A program made the translations under genes and the position numbers. From Octopus bimaculoides (Eukaryota), in the NCBI RefSeq assembly GCF_001194135.2, contig NC_068983.1, forward strand, positions 135,047,921-135,111,920: a stretch of 64,000 bases of DNA. Direction: 5' to 3'. The notes beneath the pieces were generated by a model. It did not search any database. It was not told the origin of the DNA and saw only the letters and a program-made list of their open reading frames with translations. Of the stretch, positions 38,066 to 50,012 are shown piece by piece; the stretch's first letter is position 1, and every line of letters begins with the position of its first letter.

Positions 38066-40903
38066 TATACATTATGGTAGCGATTTATTTTTTTCTTTTC
38101 TCATGCACATAGTAAATACATTTAATCTTGTCAGATTGTCTCAACATTAAGACATACATCGATAACGTTTGGTTCCTGGAGAGAAAAAAACTGACAAACA
38201 CATTACACAAACCAGGAGAGATGGAGTTTCATCAGAAGTAAATATGGTGTCAAAACATGGAAATTTCACTCTTACCAAACAAGAGTTTACTCGTCTTGTT
38301 TCCACCAAATTATCTAGGTCACGTTGATTTAATATGTATTCAGAGAGCAAAAAGGAATTGTTTTTTTCAATTGTGTCAAAAACATCGGTTTGTAGGATTC
38401 AAAAGAATGGAAGCTAATTTTACGTCATTTACAGGATAAATTTGAAACTTTGAACAATGGGTCACTGAAATGTATGTATAAAGAACTAAAGGCGATTACT
38501 TCTCAGACATCACTTAATCACTCGACTGTGACAACAAAAGTGAAAGTGATGTCCTATTTTAGTATAGGACATAACTTTCGACAAAACAAATATATTTTAA
38601 ACGTATTTCTTTTAAATTGATATTTGATTTTAAGGTCCGTTAATAAATCAGTTTGAAATCCCGATTAGGAAACCTTAAAACCTTTCTGAGAAATACACCC
38701 AGATTATTTTTTTTTAATTGTCCAAAATATTACCTAAAAATAAGATGGGTAAAACATGAGCCTAGCCAATGATCTGGTTTCAATTCTGCTTGGACGCCAT
38801 TTCGCTTCATTGTTATTCATTCACCCCGAGATAGCCGCTGTGTGGAGTCTACGTGAGCTAAAAATAGCAGCCAAATTTACCTCAAATCTCACTCCATCAT
38901 GTAAGAAAAGGACACAATGGATATGACCCCCAGTTCCCTGCATACTGGAAAGGTAATGGGATGTTCGTAAGTGGAATGCATTTGATCAAAGGTTTAATTG
39001 ATCAAGGCTGACCTAGTGTTAAACAACTAATGTCATGAGGAAAAGAACGACAGTCACAACCTCCACACTTCTTCTTCCATGATAGAGCTATTTCTCTTTT
39101 CAACTGCCAGCTTAACGCTCCATGCAACTTGAATGTGTCATATACTATCTACTAACATACATGAAATGGCAATTTTAAAAGGACACTAATGAGCAATAAA
39201 GCGGTTATAGATTAAAGTTATCCGTTTGGCAGTATATATTCGCTGAACGTAAATCCCACAACAAAAATACAAGATAAATAGGTATACGAGGCCCATAAGG
39301 TTTCAGTCGAATTTTTTTTTTTTTAATCAATAATTTCGAAATAGGGAAAAATGGTCATTAAATGTGAAATCAGTTTCGTTACACGGGGATTTAGTTATAA
39401 TAAAAATTAGTTCTGATGAGGGGTAAGGCCACCAATTCCGGGTGATTAGTCGATTAAATCGACCTTAGTACTAAGTTATCGACCCCATACAGACGAAAAG
39501 CTAAGTTGACCTTGAAGGGATTTAACAATATTAATAAATTATTTTTTGACAGAGGAACAAAGAGAGCAGTTTTGAGATGAGGGGCAAGTTGATATCATCG
39601 ACCCAATAGTAGACTGAAATTTTATCGACCCTGGTGAGAAAAATATTGGCGAGTAGGAATTGAACTCAAAACAAAGAACCGTCGTAAATTACCGATTCCG
39701 CTGCTCTTTTTTTAAAATTTTTTTTTATAATAACGATTTTTATTTTCCAGAGGTGTCGGATAATATTATAAATAAACAATGGGCAAAGAATATTCTAAAG
39801 AAAAAGAATACGAGAATGGCAAATAAATCTGTCGAAGTAAGATAAAAATCATAGCCATGTTGACTGACAGATTGAAAATTAAGGTCATTATCATCTTTCA
39901 GGCTGACAGAGAATGAATTAAAATAGCAGTTTTAACAGAGGCAAATTCAGGTGAAGGAGATGAGAGAAAAAGGGTGCTAGTCGAAAGAGAGGAGATAGAA
40001 GCAGGAAACTAGCAGCTATTGTTTAGATTTATTGATGAGAGAGAAATATTTCAACTATTTATCAGCGTTCAAGAACCTTTAATAGCAGAATGAATGGAAA
40101 ATGAGAGAGGAATGCTATTGAAGAAAGAAAGCAGAGATTTTGGATCGATTTTAAAATGCATTCACATTACTGATAGATTTGAGTGTAAGTCAGTTGATAA
40201 ATATTGTTAGTGAGGAAAGTACACAGATTAATGACTACCGTTAGTGTCATGATAACAGGATTTCTCTCTTGTTAGCCGACCACCCAGACTACTAAAGAAC
40301 AGCGTTGATAGTTGAAACTGACACTAAATAGTTTCACAATGAAATAACGGAAAGATTCATTTCTTCTATGTTATAGTAACACATTGATGAACAAAATAAT
40401 TAAATTTTATACGAGAAAAAAAAAAGTCGAAATAATATAATATTTAGTAGTGACAATCAGCAATATTGAAATTCCTGTTAGCTAAGTTTTATTTCACAAA
40501 ACAGTGAGTATATTATCTATTGAGGGTCAGCGGTAAACGTCAAATTTGGTATATATGTACATGTATGTGTGTATATGAGTATTCAAATGCAGCTGTCATT
40601 ATTTAAATCACACTTTTACAGCATTCAATATGTGTGTGTGTAGATTGGATGCTATATTAGCGTATGATTTAAATAAGCTATTTAAAACGGGTGCAATAGT
40701 AAAATTACCTATATTTCTTATGAAAGAAGGCATATCCTTTTAATATTTCAATTATATTTTATTTAAATGATAAATATAAAATGACAATTGTAAAAGAATA
40801 ACTATCACAACTTCTCAGAACCCATTAATAAATTTTAGACACCTTAAATGCATGTGAAAAAAAATGATATAATATCAATTTATTAAACATTTTCTTAGCT
40901 TAC

Positions 40904-41051
40904 CAGAACGAATACAATCTGCCAAAGTGCCTCCGAATTTAGTTTTCTTGTTCTTCAGTTTTTCATACCTGGCTGGTGTTAAATGTTTTTTCAAAAGAGA
41001 TTTACTATCAGCCTTTTTCAAAGTCTCCCACAATTCTTTAAGGTCAGACAT
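40904..41051 (-). CDS. AK: Arginine kinase alternative first coding exon B (proximal): [49 protein letters not shown](G)
   Basis: ATG at 41051, phase-1 GTAAGC donor at 40903. 34/51 aligned positions identical to exon A. Confidence 0.92.
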
Positions 41052-41160
41052 ATTCTTAGATTGTGAGCAAAAAAAAGCAGCTGTGTAAGGCAGAAAGTGG
41101 TTGTATCTGGACAACCGATAGCTACAGATAGATTTGACTAACTGTAAGAAGGTGCGACAG

Positions 41161-41221
41161 TGGACTGCACTCAACAAAGCCAGGCTTTTATACCCCATTA
41201 ACTGGGCTTCACTGTGATTGG
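41161..41221 (-). promoter_or_regulatory. Core promoter of AK exon B: CCAAT (41221-41217), TATAAAAG (41192-41185), putative start near 41161
   Basis: Minus strand reads AACCAATCACAG...GGGGTATAAAAGCC. A CA dinucleotide places an A 31 nt downstream of the TATA first T. Confidence 0.7.
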
Positions 41222-42083
41222 TTGATTCTTGTGTCATGCACACATCATGCACGTTCTATCAATGCTTCGTTTGGGAAACGGTAGATACGATTTCAACGTC
41301 TTGTGTAGTTTGATTTTTAGCAACGCTCTGTGTGTATATGTCTATATATATTATATTTAATTATATTATATTATATGTATATATTCTCTGTGCACACCCA
41401 CATACGTCTACGTATGTATTTACTGGTTAAGTTAAAGGATGAAGGGCAGCACCAATGACCTTTTTCAGGTTTCCCCCTATAAACTAATGAAAAATTAAGA
41501 AAAAAGTTATTTGCAGATAAAAAAAAAAACCTGGTTCGAATGCTTGTAATATGAAGTGGAGTCCACTAACGACACTAAATGAACTGGTATTAAAGGGAGT
41601 GGGTTCTTAATACTAGAAAAGATCACCCCCTCCCAGGCAGTTTGCATCTAACATTTTACCTGCGAAGTTATGTGTGTGTATGAGATTTATATATAACACA
41701 CACACACACACACACTCACATACACACACAGAGGCAAACTACTGAACTATATATATTTACAGATACCCATATATGTATATCCATGTATATCTATTTCCAT
41801 ACATGTATATGCCAAAGCATTTCAGTTTTCAGATTTACGCATTTAATTGAAAATATAGGGTTAACAATAATTATATCTAAGTAGATATTGTGTATAGAAA
41901 TGATTGCATTTTTATTGCATATTTACATTTAAATGTGTGTTTGTGTATGTATAATACATAAAAATATATATTCGCATACAATAAATATAAATATATGCAT
42001 ACATTACATACGATATATTTGCATTCTAAATACAGATACACATACTTTAAACAGGTATGTATTTGAAAACTATGCTTGTGTAT

Positions 42084-42121
<38 letters not shown>

Positions 42122-42620
42122 ACATTGAAATTAAATAGTATTTGGATCTCTCTATTCATCTATCTATACAAGCACATATGTATACACATAACACACACAC
42201 GTATCTATACATGTGTGTGTGTGTATAGCTATATATGTATGTATATATTATATATAGTACTTATATGTAAGTAGCTTTTATAGTCTTTCCCTTTCCATTC
42301 TCGCATTCCATTTATTTTCTCTCCATTTGCAGTATCTTAAAATTATATTTAATGCTGTTGTTTAACAGAATAAGCATCTTCTTTAATACATCTCTTGATT
42401 TATTTTTGTTTGTTTTTTTTTTTTTTCCTGTCTCGCTCAGCTCTGTGCTTTATATCACCTATATCTTATACATTTCCCTTGTTTACTTTCACTTTCTGTA
42501 AAGCGGTACGGAAGGACTACACAAAACATTTTATGATACATACATGTGTGTGTGTGTCTGTGCGTTCTTAAACAAGAATATTATAGTGCCTTCGAAGTTT
42601 CGACCAGTTAAACCATATTA

Positions 42621-42692
42621 CATGTATGTATGTATGTATGTATGTATGTATGTATGTATGTATGTATGTATGTATGTATGTATGTATGTATG
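42621..42692. repeat. (ATGT)n microsatellite
   Basis: Seen directly. Other long simple repeats include (GA)n 43026-43091, (AT)n 49959-50012 and many (CA)n. Confidence 0.95.
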
Positions 42693-43043
42693 CACACACA
42701 ATAGCCTCGATATCTGCTCTCTTAGAAGTATGTGTCTATCAAGCTAAGATTTTTTTTTAATACAAATAACAGAACCAAAAAGCTCTAATAGGTTTTACTG
42801 AAAATTCCTTTGAAAAAGACTCTTGCAATATTTGTATACATTCTGACTCTTAGAAAGACTTCTTACCACATCCCTGTCTAAATATATCAGGAAGATAAAA
42901 CCACTAGTTCCATTGAAAAACATGTACCCCACCTATATTAACTGCACTAGAAGGTGTCACTTGTCACTCAGACAAGCGTAACTGGTTTTTGGAATTGTCA
43001 ACAGGATAATTTCAAACTACCAATTGGCTAAAATAATTTATTA

Positions 43044-43094
<51 letters not shown>

Positions 43095-44179
43095 GCTATA
43101 CCCTGAAAAATTGTCATACAAGAAAACAAAAAGCATTTAGCATTAAAAGCAGAAACTTTATTAATGAGCCATGTTTCTTGATTTTATGTGTTTTACACAA
43201 ATGATACTGAAAGACAGGAATATGTCACGTGTTTTTTGCATTGGGATAGATGACTAAATAAATATTATGCATATAACGATTGTGTAAATAATTTTTTATT
43301 TGTTTGTCGGCAATCAATCAAATCTTGTTTTACCATATATTCTTATATGTTTAGGAATATGTTTGCTTATATGTTGTCACGCTGCTTCTCTAGACTCCTT
43401 CGATTAATTAGCAACGCAAAACAGTCATAATTTAAGAGGTTTCGGCTTCTAATAAAATATAGACTCATTACTATATGAACTGAGTACTTTTTCTTTGTAA
43501 ATAAAAGTTTGCCAATGCATATACCTGTGTGTATGTATATGTGAACGTGTGTGTGTGTGTGTGTGCGCGCGCGCGCGCCTGGTGTGATATCTTATTTTTT
43601 CCGTAATATACAACTAGCAAAGAAAACAGGAAGAAGCACACGCATATAAGACAAATACACATTCACAAGCAGGTTCATATGTATGTATGTGCGTCCTTGT
43701 CCAGTTGTGTTGTTAGCATGTAACTGACAGTTTATCGAAGTACCTTACATAATCAAATTACATACATTAATACGCATGCCAAATATCGATTTTTGGAATT
43801 AGTTCTGTGGGCAGAATTGGTTTTGTCAATGTCATCGACACATCATTATTTGACCGACACCAAAATGTTTTTAAAAAGAATACAAGACGAAAGAAATGAG
43901 ATTTCAGTTCACAGCTGAGCGGGACGAGGCTTGTGAAGGTCAAACGACTTTTTAGCCAGATTAATTACATTCCCTACACATGTACAAGCCATATATATAT
44001 ATACAGTTGGCTTACATAGTTTGTGTATGTGTGTGCGCGGGCATATACTCATAAATATATGTGTAAGGGTATATACGCACACACACACACATTGATATAT
44101 GCACGTGTGAGTAGCCTTTAAAAATGATAAACTCCTAGTTGGTCGGGGGATGGGATGGAGAATCTAACTTTACATACTC

Positions 44180-44760
44180 CAGTAGTAGTAGTAGTAGTAA
44201 TACCACGGCCACCACCCCTAGTACACTGAGCAAAGCAGTCGATGATACAGAAAAAAGAAATTAAGAAAAACAAACAAAAACAGAAAAAACAAAGGGGGAT
44301 AGTCACTACTGGAAAGCCTTCGATCGTAAACAACAAAACTGGGAGTGAAGGAGGCTGCTGTTTGCCTCATAATTTGACATTACCGAAATGTGTGTGCGCG
44401 GTAGTGGTCTTGATCGCAAGACAACACTACTACTACCACCACTACCAGTACCATTTATTACAAGACACATCACTACTTTTCTACTACAACCTCTACCGCT
44501 ACTACAGTCACCACCACAACTACTACTACGATAATGAAAATCATCGCCACCACTTTAAATACTACCACTTCTAGTAAGTATCATCAACGCCACCACAACC
44601 GCCGTCAAACACTACCACCCAAACTATTACAACCACTACCAATAGTACTACTACAACCGTCACTACTACTTACCATTAGCGCTGCCCGAATAATGTATAC
44701 AACCTCACTGGGTGACATGAAAGGGTATATGTTGGTAGTAGTAGGGTTTGTTATCTTTAC
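44180..44760. repeat. Degenerate (CTA/CAC)n low-complexity tract
   Basis: Imperfect actact/ccacca trinucleotide arrays. Confidence 0.7.
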
Positions 44761-45503
44761 ATACTCCAGTATGTTCCTAGAGTTTATCTTAAGCGTGTAT
44801 GTGTGGGTGTGGGTGCGTGCGCGCGTATGTGTACTAACACATACATTAAATATGTGTGTGCGTGTATGTGTGTCCGAAATCTATCAGTGGCGATTCGTGT
44901 TCATTAATGTAAAATCATAGTCAGTACATTTTTTTTTTTTAATATGCATACAGTCTAGAGTCCTGTCTGTCTGTATTCCATGGAAAAAATCTAAGCAGTT
45001 TACTAATCTTACTCCAATCTGATCTAACTACATTTAAAAGAAATAATATGCATGCGTGCACACTTAACTCGACAACTGATCAGTGCACAATGATCAGCAT
45101 GTCGATATGCCTACATTTGTAAAAATTTTCCTAAACAAAGTACCCAAGGGGATTGACTCAGGTGTGGTGTAGATGACAACTCACCTGACAAATGATTTTC
45201 AGCTGACAATTTAAATGTTGGTTACTTTACATAGTTGATCCATTATAGTTTATTCTCATTTATTTAACAAAAATAAGGAGAGCTGTAATAGCTACAAATA
45301 AATATTTAGTGTGGTTGGAGGGAGTTTAACAGAAAAGACAAAATTTCTTTCGTTTTTAATTTTTAATGCATTTCGATAATAAAAAAAACATTTGGAAGCT
45401 TTTTCTCTAGTAAGATGGGTGATGGGAAGAATGTTCTACTTAAAAAGTGAAAACTTTTCGTTTAAACATTAATTCTTCTAATTAATATTTTGTCGCTTAA
45501 TAA

Positions 45504-45718
45504 GACAGCGAGTTGGCAAAATCGTTAGCACGTCGGACGAAACGCTTCGCGGTATTTCGTCCGTCTTTACGTTGAGTTCAAATTCCGCCGAGGTCGACTT
45601 TGCCTTTCATCCTTTCGGGGTCAATAAAATAAATACCATTCAAGCACTTTGGTCTATGTAATCGATTTACCCCTCCCCTGAAATTACTGCCTTTGTGTCA
45701 AAAAATGTGAAACCAATA
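45504..45718 (+). mobile_element. Relatively young tRNA-derived SINE (Meta-domain-like core)
   Basis: gacagcgagttggcaaaatcgttagcacg...gagttcaaattccgccgaggtcgactttgcctttcatcctttcggggtc; CpGs are retained. Confidence 0.85.
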
Positions 45719-46895
45719 TCTTGTCTTTCTCAACTGACAAATATTTACTTCTCGACAGAAATGCGAGCCGGTGAAAACAGCTGTTCTCAAGCCATTGTGA
45801 AACTAAAGAATGTCCAAGGTTGAGAAGCTTTCGTTTGCAACTGAAGTTGCAGGGATGACTGGGAAGAATTGTATTAGTCTAAATAGTTTCTGAGGTAGCA
45901 AACAATAAACCCAGTTTATGAAGTAACTTTAAAATGTCATTGCCATTATACATAAACCTGAGCTCATTTGCCGAAGAAAGGTAATTAAACAATTTGCGCA
46001 GCAAACACCCATATATGTTGCATAGGAGATGTATTAGAAAACCCTTCAATCTTCTTCACACCAAAATATAAAAATTACTTAATGTAAGCAAATCACTTAT
46101 ATCAAAACAAACAGGAACTACTAATATGTGGATATGATAAAAGAAAAACAACAATCCTGAATTATTGGACTGCCTTGCTTTAAGACTTTCTATCCAAAGA
46201 AGAATCAAAATAGTTTTCAGAGTTACAGGTATAATACTAAACTGCGTGATCCTAATGATGTGTTTCTGAACAGTTTCGGAAAACGTCAATTTATGGTTAA
46301 TTTTCTTTCGCTTGTTTAATTATGGGGTGAAGTGAAAGGAACTGAGTTCAAGCCATCTAATCATCCAACGTCAGCCATTATTTATTGCTCAATAGATTAT
46401 CAATTCCACTGAGTATATCTTCACCCGACCTTTCATTGTTCAAAATATTTGGAAATATACCTTAAGTTTTCACAAATTCTTTCTGATTAACAGTTTTCTG
46501 GATGGAATGCTGTTCTTCGAAATTCTAAAGACACTTTTTCTGCTTTGTAATAGATATAAATTTACTAAAGATGCGTAAATTTGAAGTTAACTAACACACT
46601 CTACCAAGTAAACTTAAGACGAAGAATGGTGTTGTAGGTCGACCGATAACCAAGTTATGCCTATTATCGCATTTTGTTAGAGTTCCATATGGTAAAGATG
46701 TGGATGGGAAAAATGTGGGTAGAGGGTGATGTGCTAGCAACGCTCTCCCCTTACTGTTTTACCAAGTAAACAACACAAATAACTACGCAGAGGCAGCCAT
46801 GGTTGAAACAAGAACAAGAACAACAAGCATTATTAAAAGAGAAAAGAAGCACGGTCATTCGTTAACCAAATGACCTTATCTTATTGCCCATCACT

Positions 46896-47308
46896 TTTAT
46901 GCGCTCATAAATTAGTTTGATAGTTGAGCTCTAATTGGCTGTATGCAAATGAGTTCATAACTGGGGTCCGGAACTCTCGTANNNNNNNNNNNNNNNNNNN
47001 NNNNNNNNNNNNNNNNNNNNNNNNNNNNNNNNNNNNNNNNNNNNNNNNNNNNNNNNNNNNNNNNNNNNNNNNNNNNNNNNNNNNNNNNNNNNNNNNNNNN
47101 NNNNNNNNNNNNNNNNNNNNNNNNNNNNNNNNNNNNNNNNNNNNNNNNNNNNNNNNNNNNNNNNNNNNNNNNNNNNNNNNNNNNNNNNNNNNNNNNNNNN
47201 NNNNNNNNNNNNNNNNNNNNNNTTTATGCGCTCATAAATTAGTTTGATAGTTGAGCTCTAATTGGCTGTATGCAAATGAGTTCATAACTGGGGTCCGGAA
47301 CTCTCGTA
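46896..47308. other. 86-bp exact duplication flanking a gap (46896-46981 vs 47223-47308); probable assembly overlap
   Basis: Identical sequence lies on both sides of N 46982-47222. Confidence 0.85.
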
Positions 47309-47899
47309 GAAAAAAAAAATTTCGCGTCCTGGGCGGTACTCATTCTAGCTACGCTTCTTATCGATACAGTCAATATTTCTGTCTGTTTGCAATGAAACGA
47401 AACTCAATTTCAGTTCAAATTACATCAACTATAACTACCAATAATCTGTATAAGGTCGTGTACTGTAGTAGAAACTCTTGAAAATATTTTGATCCTTCTT
47501 TGATAGAAAATATTGATAGAGATTCGCTATTTCAGCAAAGTAATCCAATATTTCACAATTGTCTTTTTCTTTATAATGTGTCTACGTACTAACACTTTTT
47601 GTTTGAAGTGTTTAATGTAGCGTTTTGTTTGGAGTGATATCTAAAATAACGTTTTGTGTGAAATAATATATGGTACAACATTTACATTTTTAAATACTAT
47701 CGATTTTCAACAAATTTGTTATGCTGTTCTTTCTCTTAAAACTTCGCAGATTCAATTAACAGCAGTTACTATGTCAAACAAACCAATATTTTGTGGTTAT
47801 TTAAGTGACTTTGAATGGTGTTTGCAATCAATCAGAATGTGTTAGTAGTTACTCTATCTACTACGACAGGAATATAACTTGCTTTCAACTGTCAGCGTT

Positions 47900-48985
47900 A
47901 ATAATTGATTCTTTTATTGGCCACAAGGACTTACATAGGACAACATGGGACATAACAGGACGATACAACAAGTTTTAAAAACGTATAAACAAAAATTATT
48001 AAAATTAAACAAACAAAACTCCCAATTGGGGGAGGCGCTTTAAGGCTACTCGTGGAAAAACCCGCAAAAGCCACAGGTGCCTGACCAACAGAGTAAGAGC
48101 CCTTTTTTTTTTTTCCACAGGCGCATGCTCAAAATGGGTCCTTTCATACTGGTCATTTTTCCGACATCCACCCGCCTTTCAACAAATTTGCTAGAAAGCA
48201 ACACTTCCCTCTCCACCCTCGCTTTCCTTTTCAAGTGAAACTTGAAAAAGTTTATGAGGGCTTGGCCAAAGAAGAAAGTGTCTGTCTTTAGCCCTTTCAA
48301 GCGTGACCACCACACTACCTCTTTCGTTACAGCCACCAGACAAATAAAAATTGTCTTCCCCTCCCGCCCAAAGGAGGGCGGCGGGATAATCTTCACNNNN
48401 NNNNNNNNNNNNNNNNNNNNNNNNNNNNNNNNNNNNNNNNNNNNNNNNNNNNNNNNNNNNNNNNNNNNNNNNNNNNNNNNNNNNNNNNNNNNNNNNNNNN
48501 NNNNNNNNNNNNNNNNNNNNNNNNNNNNNNNNNNNNNNNNNNNNNNNNNNNNNNNNNNNNNNNNNNNNNNNNNNNNNNNNNNNNNNNNNNNNNNNNNNNN
48601 NNNNNNNNNNNNNNNNNNNNNNNNNNNNNNNNNNNNNNNNNNNNNNNNNNNNNNNNNNNNNNNNNNNNNNNNNNNNNNNNNNNNNNNNNNNNNNNNNNNN
48701 NNNNNNNNNNNNNNNNNNNNNNNNNNNNNNNNNNNNNNNNNNNNNNNNNNNNNNNNNNNNNNNNNNNNNNNNNNNNNNNNNNNNNNNNNNNNNNNNNNNN
48801 NNNNNNNNNNNNNNNNNNNNNNNNNNNNNNNNNNNNNNNNNNNNNNNNNNNNNNNNNNNNNNNNNNNNNNNNNNGCATGTCTGCGCATCAGCAACTACGG
48901 CTTCGCTAGCCCCCCACCCCCCCATTCAGCGGGTGTTTGAGCGCGTCCTTCATTTCGGTAAACGCCTTCCATCTTGTCTTTATTC
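47900..48985 (-). mobile_element. L1/Tx1-like LINE 3' fragment spanning a gap
   Basis: GC-richer ORF end KEVVWWSRLKG...LINFFKFHLKRK.RVER..., with similar sequence across the 48397-48874 gap. Clade call is tentative. Confidence 0.55.
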
Positions 48986-48999
48986 TCTTCGAGAACATA

Positions 49000-49200
49000 T
49001 TTGAAATGAAATATTTCGAGAACTGAAGAGAATGATAGATGTGATCGCAGAATACCGAATGTACAAGTTCTGCTGAGCTGGACATGTAAGGTTCACAAAC
49101 AGAAGGTGGACCTGTGCAATTCTCGAGTGGCATCCAAGAGACCAGAAAACGTTTTAGTTAAGCGATATGGGACGAGATGGGACGAGATGGTGCAATCAAG
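49000..49200 (+). mobile_element. Degenerate RTE-like LINE C-terminal fragment
   Basis: Translates to AGHV.RFTNRRWTCAILEWHPRD, the (W)AGHV.R...RW....W.PR motif. Confidence 0.6.
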
Positions 49201-49559
49201 AACTGAAAGTGCATTGTGACCAACGATGTATAACAACATCTGATAGTTTGGTCGATACAGTGACATGTATATAGATAGATAGACGGAGAGAGAGAGAGAG
49301 AGAGAGGGAGAATGTATTTGTGACTGAGAGTATATGCATTTAAATCATATTTTTGTATCGATGGTCAGATGGATGGATGAAAGCACGCATTGATTATATG
49401 TGTTTATGTATATGTATGCATCTATTGAAAAAAATCACGGCTGCGCATTCATTCAAAATATACCACTGAACTTGAACATTTTTTTTCTTATTTTTGTTTT
49501 TTAATTAAATTCCCAGTTACATGATACTTTCATTAACTACTCAGTGATTTGAACAGATA

Positions 49560-49598
<39 letters not shown>

Positions 49599-49954
49599 GT
49601 GCCGGTTCTGTTTGACCTCGTAATTTAAACCATGGGCTTGCTTAATGCGCTGCCCTGTGCACTAAGTTAAACACATTGAATAATGTAACCCTCGAAACAT
49701 TATCTTATTTTTAACGAAAGAAAAAAAATTAGGTAGTCATAGCTGAAACATTTTTATTCATAGGCCTGCCTGATCGAGTTTGATCATAGATTTAAAAAAA
49801 AAAAACAAAAAAAAACTATCAAGTTTAAGTTCTTTGTTAGGCTTGATAGTCAGCTGCTTCTCTTGTTGCTAGTATGTGGGATGTGTTATTAATCAGCAAG
49901 TTTAGCCATGGACTACATAATCCGTATGACAGAATAACTCTGGGTTTGAGCTCG

Positions 49955-50012
<58 letters not shown>

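Noticed and set aside
35221-40903. A third AK first exon
   Set aside because: I scanned by eye for KKHL, KFGG and CIRSG codon patterns and found none outside the two reported exons; a tBLASTn would confirm.
39879-43942. TNAAGGTCA (ERR-type) sites at 39879 and 43934 near AK
   Set aside because: A rough composition estimate gives a few chance matches per 64 kb on both strands, so they are not significant without conservation data.
44242-44920. Thr/His/Tyr-rich mucin-like ORFs
   Set aside because: Translations of a degenerate trinucleotide tract; no splice or domain support.
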